From the IMG/VR virus record IMGVR_UViG_3300025635_000023: a stretch of DNA of 20,000 nucleotides. One strand, written 5' to 3'. Numbering within the stretch: position 1 is the first letter of the stretch; the number at the start of each line of letters is the position of its first letter. The position numbers and the translations under genes are program-made. This DNA is from an uncultured virus (IMG/VR IMGVR_UViG_3300025635_000023) (taxonomy: Duplodnaviria > Heunggongvirae > Uroviricota > Caudoviricetes). The notes below the pieces were generated by a model, which was not told the DNA's origin, ran no database searches, and saw only the letters and a list, made by a program, of their open reading frames with translations. This document shows positions 1 to 9,429 of the stretch, in pieces.

Positions 1-3000
1 CGAGGGCGTGCGCGCAATTTAGTGGGCGCTAATCGACAGCAATTAGTAAATTTACAGCAAAGAGTGAAAACTGAAAGCGGATTAGATATATCACTTGATG
101 ACATTGAACGCTTACAACGCTCAATGGCCAGAGTACAGCAAGCTCGTAATCAATCACCGTTTAATGACACATTTTTTTACGCAATGTCTCGTGTTAGAGA
201 TCTTCAAACTCTTGGGCAGACAGTCATGGGCGTGTTAAACTTACCGCAAACTATTGCCTCAACTATAGGTCAGATAGGCGACCCACAACTTCGCACAGAC
301 CGTATTATGACTACGGCTCGTGCTCTTTCTTTAAGTCCGGAAACGTATACTAAAGCACTTGCGGCTGCCACACGGCAGCAGTCTATGTTTGGTGGAACGC
401 TCGCTCGTAATCTTGAGGACATGACCTCATTTATTCCTATATCGAATACGTATGGAGTAGATGTTGGTAAGTCTGTGCAGGTTGCGCGTAAGCTCGCCGC
501 ATTCGATCCTGCTCAAGGTATGCAAGGTGCTAGTATTGCGCTTAAAGAATTTTTGTCTGGTAATGTGTCATCGCTCAGTAGAAGATTTGAAATTAATCGT
601 AGTGAGCTTTCAAAGATTAACACCGGTGACGCTAACGAGATGTTAGATTCACTTGACGCACTTTTGGCTAAGATGGGCGTTACTGATAAATTAATTGATG
701 ACCAAGCAAATTCATTAGCAACTAAATATGACCGCATGACCGGTCGATTGGAAACATTGCAAGTACAATTTAGTGCGTTTGCAGTAGGCGCAATGACTCC
801 AATACTCGAACCAATTCTTGGAGATAGATCGTTTCTTGCTCGTCAGTCTTTTGATCAAAATTTACAAAAAGTTGTAAATGAACGATTAAAATCATATGGC
901 GACACAGTGCTGTCAAATCCAGATACAGGTCTGAGAACTTTAAATGTATTTTCATCTAATTTTCTTGATCAGCTGGACCCAATGTTAGCAGAGGCGAACG
1001 ACGCTACTTCTACAGCAGCTTTAGATCTTACTTCAACAACCGGTGCCGTTTCTAATATTGAACTGTACCGTCGATTGGGTAATATGAAAGCAGACGAACG
1101 CCGTCGTATTCAACAAAGCGCTCAAGTTAGTGTGCTTATGGGGATGAACCAAGATCAGGCTATCTTAAAAGCGATGCGCGATATCGGCGGAGATTTCTTT
1201 ACGGGTGAGGAGTTTCAAGCGCAAAGACAACCGTTAGGATTCTACGGCAAAGCTTTCAATGCGACTATGCGTGAAGACATGATTAAAACGTCAGAGCAAC
1301 AAATGAAATTCAATCAAACTGGGCAAAGAGTTAAAATTCTCAAGCAATTTGATGCTGATACTTATCAGGTTGAAATGCCAGATGGACGTTCGGAAGTTGT
1401 GCGTCTTGCCGGTGTGGACGCACCGGAGAAAACTACTAAAGAAGGTCAGCAAGCAACTGCGTTTACTCGTGGTATGTTCCGCGGCGATCCCGGAAAAGAA
1501 GGAAGATACGCGACCTTGTATAGTACTGGTGCGTATGATCCAAATCAACGTCTTATAGGTAGTTTAAGTTATGGTGGTAGAGACATAGCAACAGCACTTA
1601 TTGCAACAGGTAATGCTGCGGTGTACAATTATGAAAACAACATGAATCCAGCTTTACTTGCTCCTCTATCAGCATTAGAAAGAAACGCCGCAAACACAGG
1701 AATAGGTGCAATAAATGCTAATGCAGCTCGATTAGGTTTGGGAGCTAACGCAGAAATTTCAGATGCAGTACGCCGCAGATATTTTATGAATACGTATCTT
1801 GGCACTGCCGGGTTGACTGGTATCGGTGTTGGTGCAGGTGTCGGAGGAATTGCTAGTCTTATAAACACATTTGGTACTTTAGGTGCAGCAGCTGGTTCTG
1901 CAACGCAGCTAGCATTGCCCGGTTTCGGGGCTGCCGCAACAACTACCGCTGCGGGTACAGTAGGTGGTGCAGTAGCGTTACCGGCGATTATCGCCGCAGC
2001 ACTAGCAGGTGCGGGTTATCTAGCATACGCTGGTGTTACAGATAGTAGAGATACTAGTTCTGCAAAATATCGCGAACTTTATCGATTACAAAGTGAGGAA
2101 AATCAGCGAATTAATGCAGAACAGATAGGTAACAAAATGTACCCGCAAGCAGTGCTTGACGATCAACAACAATTAGAGGCTGCAGCTGCTGTTTCGCAGA
2201 CTGCTGCTGGATCGTATACAGGTTATGCTCAAGGTGCTATTTTAAGCATGGACACTGATACACAAACTGCTAGAGATGAGTTTATAGTTCAATATTTAGA
2301 CACTGGTAGAGAACTTACAAAATATTACAATGGATTATCTCAAGATCAAAAAAGAGTGTATTCACTTATTGTAGAAGATCCTGCAACAAAAGAACGAAAA
2401 AGTGTCTTTCAAGTAATGCAGATGTATCAAGCGTTGGTTATGCGTGATGTAACCGGTACTGACGAAACTGCGAGAAAGTTGCTTGACGACAATAAATCAA
2501 GTTATGATCAGTTTGCTGCTAAAGTATACAATACTACACAGGCGGCTAGCTTGCTGCAAACAGCACAAGAGTATGGTATTGTTTCTGATTTTACCGCTTA
2601 TTCCAATAATATACCGCGTGGGCGAGTAAGTCAGGTTATCAGTGATCAACAGTTTATTGATTTAGATGTAGGCCAGCAGCAAAGAATTACGCAAGAATTA
2701 AACGACCAAATAAATCAAGCAAGCTGGAAACGATTTGCAAAAGAATACACAGACCAAGCAATGGAAAAGCAATTTCAAATTTCTCAGCAGCGCTTTACAC
2801 AGTATGTTGATTTAAATGCACTTAATTCTCTTGCCGGTATGAATTCTGTACGTTCTATGATTAATCCAATGGTTAATCTTGATAAAGTGGGGACTGGCCG
2901 TGCTAACGAGGACTTAACAACTGCGTCTCTCCGTGCGATGGAAAAAACTATTTTTGTTGAGGGTGTGAAGTATGATCGCAAAGGAACAGAGGAATTACGC

Positions 3001-4908
3001 ACCGCACAAGCAAATGCAGTTAAAACACTTGAGGCACAGATCACTGCATTTAGAGAACAGGAGGAGTTAACTCGCCCGTTTAATCTAGCATTAAAAGGAA
3101 CGTACAATAATTTTATTCAAACGCTCCGGAGTGCAGGTGTTCAATATGAAAACATAGTAACTTTCTTGTCTCAAGGAAATCCACGCGGTTTCTTAGATAT
3201 TAGTCAACAAATGAGCGGATTTAATTTACAGACGATAATGCAGAATCGAATTACTACACAAAATCAAAATATAATGGGTATTACTGGCCCAACAACTATG
3301 GGAACCGGCCCAATTCCTGTAGGCAGTTCGTTTAATTTTGGCTATACAACAGGTCCTCAAGGTACTCTTCGGTTTGCGAAAGATTTTATGAAAGCACCGG
3401 AGTTATCTCTTTTTAATCCTGCTACTATAGCCTCTGTTATAATGCAGGGTGTTCAGGCAAACACCGAGATAGTTCAGCGGAATGTTCAGTTTGGTCGTCA
3501 ACTTCGCGATGCTGATTTAAGTAATCGTAGAAGCATTGAAGACATAAATCGAAATGGTATGCGAACACTTGAAGATATTCATCGCAATTATACGCGGAAT
3601 ATGGTACAATTAGCACAGCAGGCCGAATTACAAAAACGTGCAGGTACTGCATCGTTCTACACAAATGCCACTGCAGCCAATATTCCACAATCGGAGAAAG
3701 ATAGAATTACTGCACTGCGTGAGCAAGGCCAGCAAAAAGCTTCTCATATTGAACAAGCCGACGTTGCGGGTTACTTGAAAACACCTGAAGGTATGCAAGA
3801 TACAGAATTACAAGCGGCCTATGCTGAATATGAGGCAGTCCCGTGGACTGATTACACAGCAAAGGAAGCAGCGTGGCAAAAAGTCAAAGGTATGATTGAC
3901 TCACGTCAATCTGCTGCAGAAGCTCGAATGAACAATGCAACAGATTCAAAGGAGAGATCAGCCGCACAGATGCAGTTGGGTTACTTATCTGAGAATTATG
4001 ATCGTGGTGCTCAGTATCGAAAGTACGTTGATGATATGGCAAATCAACAACTAGAGTTTGCAAGTAAACGTCAGCAGCTTACACGAAATCGTGGTGACCT
4101 TGAACGAGAACGGACCAGATTAGAACAACAAGCTCCCGCATTACAAAAACGATTAGCTGAGGCAAGGACTCCTGAGGAAATACAAGCTGCAAATGATGCA
4201 CTTGAAGAGAATCGCGTTTCACTAGAAAAAAACAGTGAGGCACTCGCGCAAAATGCGCGTGAGATGGATTCTGTAACAATCACTGCACCGTTATGGGCTG
4301 ATAACTGGCGAGAAGCTGGAAAACAAATTCTCGAAAGTTCTCAGAGTACTATTTCGGGTTTAAGAAAAGATCTTGAAGACTTCGATATCACATACGCACG
4401 GAATCTAGAAGATGCGTATAGAGGTTTTAAAAATGCCAAAGAAGATATGGTTCGTCAATTCACCGAAGCTGCTACAGAAATTTCTCAAGCAGTTCCAGCG
4501 GAGTTTGCGAAAGCACTTACTGCAATTACTGCGTACCAACGAATGTCTTTAAGAGCCGAGGCATACTACAATCGAGGTTATACTGAATCAGCTCAATCAT
4601 TACAGAAATATGCAGATATGCAGCTGGCAGGTTCGTTGTATACAAAAGGAAGTAACGAATACGAAGAAATGGTTCGTAGTCTAAATTCCGGTGTTAATAG
4701 TATGACAGCTGACGGAATGAAAGGTGGCGACCTAACTATGGGTCCATCTTCGTTAGGTGCGTACGGTGAAGTGGGTGCTGACGGTAAAAACTATTTACGC
4801 GTAATAGTAAGAGACGCTAGTACTATTGCACCTGTGGTTACTACGACTACAACAGTCACCGGAAACGGTAGAGACCCAATGATACCGGATCAAGGTGTTG
4901 AGCCATAA
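1..4908 (+). CDS. Tail tape measure protein (5'-truncated) with internal thermonuclease (SNase) domain
   Basis: Frame 1 is open from base 1 (cga ggg cgt...), so the true start probably lies upstream of the window. The protein is very long, helical and Ala/Gln-rich, with a TMP-type N-terminal region (ARKLAAFDPAQGMQGASIALKEFLSGNVSSLSRRFEI), a Gly/Ala hydrophobic stretch (~1795-2037), 11-residue repeats (~3520-3615) and a C-terminal coiled coil. It lies directly upstream of tail-tip genes. Confidence 0.85.
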   Translation, partial: RGRARNLVGANRQQLVNLQQRVKTESGLDISLDDIERLQRSMARVQQARNQSPFNDTFFYAMSRVRDLQTLGQTVMGVLNLPQTIASTIGQIGDPQLRTDRIMTTARALSLSPETYTKALAAATRQQSMFGGTLARNLEDMTSFIPISNTYGVDVGKSVQVARKLAAFDPAQGMQGASIALKEFLSGNVSSLSRRFEINRSELSKINTGDANEMLDSLDALLAKMGVTDKLIDDQANSLATKYDRMTGRLETLQVQFSAFAVGAMTPILEPILGDRSFLARQSFDQNLQKVVNERLKSYGDTVLSNPDTGLRTLNVFSSNFLDQLDPMLAEANDATSTAALDLTSTTGAVSNIELYRRLGNMKADERRRIQQSAQVSVLMGMNQDQAILKAMRDIGGDFFTGEEFQAQRQPLGFYGKAFNATMREDMIKTSEQQMKFNQTGQRVKILKQFDADTYQVEMPDGRSEVVRLAGVDAPEKTTKEGQQATAFTRGMFRGDPGKEGRYATLYSTGAYDPNQRLIGSLSYGGRDIATALIATGNAAVYNYENNMNPALLAPLSALERNAANTGIGAINANAARLGLGANAEISDAVRRRYFMNTYLGTAGLTGIGVGAGVGGIASLINTFGTLGAAAGSATQLALPGFGAAATTTAAGTVGGAVALPAIIAAALAGAGYLAYAGVTDSRDTSSAKYRELYRLQSEENQRINAEQIGNKMYPQAVLDDQQQLEAAAAVSQTAAGSYTGYAQGAILSMDTDTQTARDEFIVQYLDTGRELTKYYNGLSQDQKRVYSLIVEDPATKERKSVFQVMQMYQALVMRDVTGTDETARKLLDDNKSSYDQFAAKVYNTTQAASLLQTAQEYGIVSDFTAYSNNIPRGRVSQVISDQQFIDLDVGQQQRITQELNDQINQASWKRFAKEYTDQAMEKQFQISQQRFTQYVDLNALNSLAGMNSVRSMINPMVNLDKVGTGRANEDLTTASLRAMEKTIFVEGVKYDRKGTEELRTAQANAVKTLEAQITAFREQEELTRPFNLALKGTYNNFIQTLRSAGVQYENIVTFLSQGNPRGFLDISQQMSGFNLQTIMQNRITTQNQNIMGITGPTTMGTGPIPVGSSFNFGYTTGPQGTLRFAKDFMKAPELSLFNPATIASVIMQGVQANTEIVQRNVQFGRQLRDADLSNRRSIEDINRNGMRTLEDIHRNYTRNMVQLAQQAELQKRAGTASFYTNATAANIPQSEKDRITALREQGQQKASHIEQADVAGYLKTPEGMQDTELQAAYAEYEAVPWTDYTAKEAAWQKVKGMIDSRQSAAEARMNNATDSKERSAAQMQLGYLSENYDRGAQYRKYVDDMANQQLEFASKRQQLTRNRGDLERERTRLEQQAPALQKRLAEARTPEEIQAANDALEENRVSLEKNSEALAQNAREMDSVTITAPLWADNWREAGKQILESSQSTISGLRKDLEDFDITYARNLEDAYRGFKNAKEDMVRQFTEAATEISQAVPAEFAKALTAITAYQRMSLRAEAYYNRGYTESAQSLQKYADMQLAGSLYTKGSNEYEEMVRSLNSGVNSMTADGMKGGDLTMGPSSLGAYGEVGADGKNYLRVIVRDASTIAPVVTTTTTVTGNGRDPMIPDQGVEP
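1321..1632 (+). other. Staphylococcal nuclease/thermonuclease (SNase)-like domain inside the tape measure protein
   Basis: Motifs appear in canonical order and spacing: KILKQFDADTYQV (DGDT-type), VRLAGVDAPE (RLxGIDAPE), EGQQATAFTR, YDPNQRLIGSL (DxYGRxL) and DIATALIATGNAAVY (xNxxLVxxGLAxVY). Confidence 0.85.
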
Positions 4909-4927
4909 TAGGTAATTAACTTAAAAA

Positions 4928-4966
4928 AGTTAAAGAAGGGAAAATTAAATTTTCCCTTCTTTAACT
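4928..4966. repeat. Perfect 18-bp inverted repeat (hairpin, 3-nt loop) between the TMP gene and the next gene
   Basis: agttaaagaagggaaaat (4928-4945), taa, attttcccttctttaact (4949-4966). It is preceded by an A-run (4923-4928) and followed by SD gggag (4970-4974) and ATG 4979. Confidence 0.9.
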
Positions 4967-4978
4967 AAAGGGAGAAAT

Positions 4979-5395
4979 ATGACATATGAATTAAGTCCAA
5001 TATACTTTAGCGGTTATCAAGGTACAACCGTGTTTTATATGGATGCCAAAGCAAGTTCATTTCAAAAAAGCACCGTGACTTTTGGAGATAAACTTGAAGC
5101 AGTTGATGGGTCAGTACATTACATGCATCGCTCATTTAAAGACCAGTGGACGTTTACATGGAACTTGATTCGTTATTCTGCGCCAGAAGGGTATCCTCTT
5201 GCAACCGTAGAAAAACTAAAGACTTTCTATCGCTCAGTTGCATTATCCGGGACAAGTATTAACCTTGTCATTCAGGGTCAGACCTATAATGTTATTCCTG
5301 ATCCAAACTCATGGTCGGAACAATTATCGGCCAACGAAGTAACGTTAACTAATGTCCCGTATTACACAGTAAGTTTTAGAGTGGTGCAGACATGA
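4979..5395 (+). CDS. Putative distal tail (Dit-like)/tail-tip protein
   Basis: 138-aa beta-rich ORF with an SD, immediately after the TMP. DGSVHYMHRSFKDQWTFTW and the terminal YYTVSFRVVQ resemble minimal Dit-type proteins. The call rests mainly on synteny. Confidence 0.55.
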   Translation: MTYELSPIYFSGYQGTTVFYMDAKASSFQKSTVTFGDKLEAVDGSVHYMHRSFKDQWTFTWNLIRYSAPEGYPLATVEKLKTFYRSVALSGTSINLVIQGQTYNVIPDPNSWSEQLSANEVTLTNVPYYTVSFRVVQT

Positions 5396-7128
5396 ACTAT
5401 CAGCTTTCGTATCGTGTCTATGTTTCCGCGATTAATACTAAGGTAGATCAACCGGCAAATTTAATACCCAGCCAGTATGTGCAGGATATAGGCATATCGC
5501 ACACTATGGCTACTCAGATGACCTCAGGTGTTACTCTCGGACAGATGGCACCTCCTGAGTGCTCAATAACGCTGATTAAATCAGCCTATAATTTTTTTGC
5601 GGATCGGCAATATAACTGGAGATTAGCCAATGTTCTTGTACTCTATTCAATAGATGCCCTTAACTTCTACCCTGCTTTTGCTGGATTCCTAGAGTCACGT
5701 CAGGAAAGTCTGACACAGGTGACATTTAAAGCTTGTGGGTATTTACGGTATGTCGAATACTATAAGCACCTCACACCATTGTGGGAGAACAAACCTGCCG
5801 CTACTGTCATACCTGATCCACCAACACCTTACTCAACATCAGTAAGCGGTATCTGGGGGCAATTGTATAATTCTCAAAATCCTACCACGCTTAGTGGTAG
5901 TACAATAGGAACAATTAATACAGTATTCTGGCTATGCGGAGGTAGGCCGTATAAGTATAAAACTTTTTTAGAAGAGACCAATCAAATTCCACGGTTTTAC
6001 TTTGACTGTGATGCGTCTATAATTTCCCCTCGGTTTACGTGGTTGAATCGCGAAGACATTCTACAAGATTTAACCGCTTTAGCTATTGCAGGTGGCGGGC
6101 AGCTAACGCAATCAGCGAATGGTGTAGTGCAGTTTGTAAATGCCCTTTCGTTTACAAAATCAAAAAATAATTTTACAATTACTGATTCAATGTTTTCCTC
6201 TTTATCTATCGATGACGAGGCTGCGGTGACGTTTGGTAAAGTTATCGCAACGTTCTCGCCGCGTTTTCTCGGTGCAAATAAAGCACTTATTGATGCTAGT
6301 TTAAGTAAGTATCTACCATACGGCGAGGAGTATGTTCACGATATTGAATTTCCGCAACCAGTTAGTAGGTTAACTAACAACACATACTACGGCTCGGGAA
6401 TTAGTTTCGCAGCTAGCGGCGGTTACTTTGGAATTGACGAGTATATTACAAGTCGCGATTTTGTAAAAGCAGTTGACTTTAACGGCGACATTGCCTCTGT
6501 CTCTCTAAAGGTTCCACGGTTAAATGAAGTAATGTATCCCAAAAATAAATGGTTTTGGGATTCAGTGGCTGCGTCCGGTTACTGGACAGTCATTGAGGAC
6601 GTTACAAAGACACCCGGACAGTTTATGCAGGTGTTTGTCCGTAATGACGACGTAGGTCGTGGTTTATACTTAAGTAAATTAACACTTTACGGAATTCCTT
6701 TAATTGCCGGTGAACAACAAACAATCAAAAAAGATATACCGATTGTGTTTAGCGGGCTTGTACAGACTGGTATTATTCCCTCCGGTTTTAGAGAAATCCG
6801 TATGAGTGAGAATGCATACGTTCAATCAAAGGATCACGCGATGCGTATGCTTGAAATTGTAAAGTATCTTCATAAACGACCTAGACCTGTACATCGATTT
6901 ACTGACTTGGTTTATAATCCGACATTGGCATTAGGGGACATTGTTTCTGTTAATAGTACGTTTTACCAAATTAAGGGTAAGTACAAAATTGTTGAAATTA
7001 TTGTTAAAAATACAGGAGCGCGTATGGATCTTGCTTGCGTAGACGTAAACGATCTAGCAGAGCGCGAAGATTTTTTTATAATTGGTAACAGCTATCAGGC
7101 TACTGATACAAAGTTACTTTCATTTTAA
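5392..7128 (+). CDS. Putative baseplate hub/Tal-like tail protein
   Basis: 578 aa, ATGA-coupled to the upstream gene. LQDLTALAIAGGGQLTQSANGVVQF and the C-terminal ENAYVQS...YNPTLALGDIVSV...KYKIVEI are typical of hub proteins. Synteny is TMP-Dit-Tal. Confidence 0.65.
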   Translation: MNYQLSYRVYVSAINTKVDQPANLIPSQYVQDIGISHTMATQMTSGVTLGQMAPPECSITLIKSAYNFFADRQYNWRLANVLVLYSIDALNFYPAFAGFLESRQESLTQVTFKACGYLRYVEYYKHLTPLWENKPAATVIPDPPTPYSTSVSGIWGQLYNSQNPTTLSGSTIGTINTVFWLCGGRPYKYKTFLEETNQIPRFYFDCDASIISPRFTWLNREDILQDLTALAIAGGGQLTQSANGVVQFVNALSFTKSKNNFTITDSMFSSLSIDDEAAVTFGKVIATFSPRFLGANKALIDASLSKYLPYGEEYVHDIEFPQPVSRLTNNTYYGSGISFAASGGYFGIDEYITSRDFVKAVDFNGDIASVSLKVPRLNEVMYPKNKWFWDSVAASGYWTVIEDVTKTPGQFMQVFVRNDDVGRGLYLSKLTLYGIPLIAGEQQTIKKDIPIVFSGLVQTGIIPSGFREIRMSENAYVQSKDHAMRMLEIVKYLHKRPRPVHRFTDLVYNPTLALGDIVSVNSTFYQIKGKYKIVEIIVKNTGARMDLACVDVNDLAEREDFFIIGNSYQATDTKLLSF

Positions 7129-7140
7129 GGAGGAGATGTC

Positions 7141-9429
7141 ATGATTTTTGCGCTTTCGACTGTTCCATCACTATTTGATGGGCAAGAGTTATCGGCCGCT
7201 GATTTAAATAATTTAGCACAAAATACTGAAGTTCTTGAGCAGATTGTAAACGGACCTGATCGTCTCTTTCTTAGCAGCTGGGCGTACGCACCTCCGATGT
7301 TTTTTCTAAGTAATACCGGAGATATTAGCGTTACGGGTAATGATGGTAAGGTAATTACGCTTAGCGGCAAGAAATTCCGCTTTTCTGAGATTGACGTATG
7401 GGAAGGTAGTTTTGTGTACAGAGAAGGTATGCACACACTACGAGTCGCTTTTCAATCGTATCGCGCAAACTACAGCGCAAATGGAAAATTATTTCGTCAC
7501 GTAGACGGAAAGATGGGTAGTATTTGCTTATTCACTACTTTAAAGTATACTGACGTACCAATTCACGAACAAATAAAAAATCAGACTAAATATGGTAAAT
7601 ACAATAGAATATGGCGATACAATCCTAATATTGCGTTTGGTTCTCCAGTAAACACTTTTGAAGAACTTACGCTTGCCGCAAATCATACAAATATTTCGTA
7701 TGCTTCAATTGATCTTACTAATTTAGATTTGACTCCGGGTGAGGTAGTAAGTATAAAGTTTCGTATTGCACCGTATAATACAACATCTAACAATCCTAAT
7801 AGAGACGCCGACAATGCTACGTCCACGTACTATTTTAGTATGATCTATGCAAATATAGATCACTCTGTTGTACCGAACACATGGCAGAATTTAGAATCGA
7901 TTCAATCGTTGTCTGATATAAAAACCTTAATTAAAAATCAACAGTATCTAGTTAATTATTTCAAAGTTTATGATAATCCACTACGAGTTGCATTGTGGGA
8001 TCAAGTACTTGTCGGCTCTAATTTTCATGTTTTTAAGTCTGTTCGAGAATACAATATGTTAAATTATTTGTACGGGTTAATTCAAAACTGGAATTATCTA
8101 AGTGCCAGCAGAGTGGCTCAACAAGCACGTTATTATACTCAAAAACGCTTTGATTTAAAGAATACAATACGAGTAAGCTATGCCACAAGCACAAACACAC
8201 TTACTCGATTTACAATGTTAGGTATCTTGTCTAAGAAAGTAACAAGCGCTGCTTGGTATAGATATGATTTAGATAAAGAAAGTAAGGCTGCTGTTCCTCA
8301 GTGGTATTCTACAGTACTTAATAATAAGGCAGTCTCCTTTTCTAAAATGGAGGGAAAGGTCGCTCGTCAAGGCCTTCTTCAAACCATGGGTCCTAGTAGT
8401 AGATCACCGGCTGTAAGTATCACAACACCGCCAAATTTTCCTGATCCCGGGTATTTTCTTTTTTATGCGGGTTCGTCAGCCGGATTAGAAAACAACGCAA
8501 ATTACGGGGCCTCGTTTGCTCCGGAGTTTAACGGTTTTTACTTTATTAATCCGTCTACATTTAATCCGGTATCCTACTATAATAATGCCGCAACTACTGT
8601 ACTGGGAACAAGCATTGACTTTTTTAAACGTGGTTCAGATAATAACGCATTGTATTATGCGGATTCTTTCAATTTCTCACTTATTCCCCAAATTGAGAAT
8701 ACAAATAGATTTTATCCTTTAATCTATCAGGCTTACAGTGGTTTAAGTAATCATTCCTCCTATTACATAGAAAGTAGCGATGATTACTGCGATTTCTCTG
8801 TTGATCTGCAAGAATCAGCAGAAGGAGCTACGTACTCAAAAGCAAGTTATATTGGAACGTTTCGTTTAACAGACGTTTCAAGAATCAACACAGAATATAA
8901 TCTTGATGTATTTGAAAGGTATAATTCATTTAATTCAATTACTTATAGTGGGCTACTTAATCATCTTAATGAAATAAACACTCGACTTAATTCAGTTAAA
9001 CTGCTTACTGAACAGCTTGATATTTATCGTTATATTCCTGTGTTCTGGACAAAACCTAAAAGTTTTTTAAATCATCATGACAAGTATATGAATGCCGGCT
9101 CTACCTCAAATGACGCTGATAGATTCTATTCTAAATTGGAGCGCGCTACGGTTTACTACTCAAATACGCGTCAGGCCGACTATCTAATTGTTCGTGGGAC
9201 TAATATACGTATTGGGTGGGGTGGTTTTGATAAAGTTTACCGAGATAATCCAGTAGCAACTTGGCCCGCTGCACTTCAATTTGAGTTTTTAAAAGAGCAG
9301 TCACTTTGCGGTGACGTTTTAGAAACTATTGTACTTGGATTTGACTCTTTAGAAGGTCTTTCTCATGGCGAACGCTACTACTTACAAGGCGATGTCCGAT
9401 ATGCCGCAGAGACTATGGGGGTGCCTTAA
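7141..9429 (+). CDS. Putative tail/baseplate structural protein
   Basis: 762 aa with strong SD aaggaggag (7127-7135). The N-terminus PSLFDGQELSAADLNNL matches the GxxLxAxxLN anchor motif common at the start of tail appendage proteins. Confidence 0.5.
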   Translation: MIFALSTVPSLFDGQELSAADLNNLAQNTEVLEQIVNGPDRLFLSSWAYAPPMFFLSNTGDISVTGNDGKVITLSGKKFRFSEIDVWEGSFVYREGMHTLRVAFQSYRANYSANGKLFRHVDGKMGSICLFTTLKYTDVPIHEQIKNQTKYGKYNRIWRYNPNIAFGSPVNTFEELTLAANHTNISYASIDLTNLDLTPGEVVSIKFRIAPYNTTSNNPNRDADNATSTYYFSMIYANIDHSVVPNTWQNLESIQSLSDIKTLIKNQQYLVNYFKVYDNPLRVALWDQVLVGSNFHVFKSVREYNMLNYLYGLIQNWNYLSASRVAQQARYYTQKRFDLKNTIRVSYATSTNTLTRFTMLGILSKKVTSAAWYRYDLDKESKAAVPQWYSTVLNNKAVSFSKMEGKVARQGLLQTMGPSSRSPAVSITTPPNFPDPGYFLFYAGSSAGLENNANYGASFAPEFNGFYFINPSTFNPVSYYNNAATTVLGTSIDFFKRGSDNNALYYADSFNFSLIPQIENTNRFYPLIYQAYSGLSNHSSYYIESSDDYCDFSVDLQESAEGATYSKASYIGTFRLTDVSRINTEYNLDVFERYNSFNSITYSGLLNHLNEINTRLNSVKLLTEQLDIYRYIPVFWTKPKSFLNHHDKYMNAGSTSNDADRFYSKLERATVYYSNTRQADYLIVRGTNIRIGWGGFDKVYRDNPVATWPAALQFEFLKEQSLCGDVLETIVLGFDSLEGLSHGERYYLQGDVRYAAETMGVP

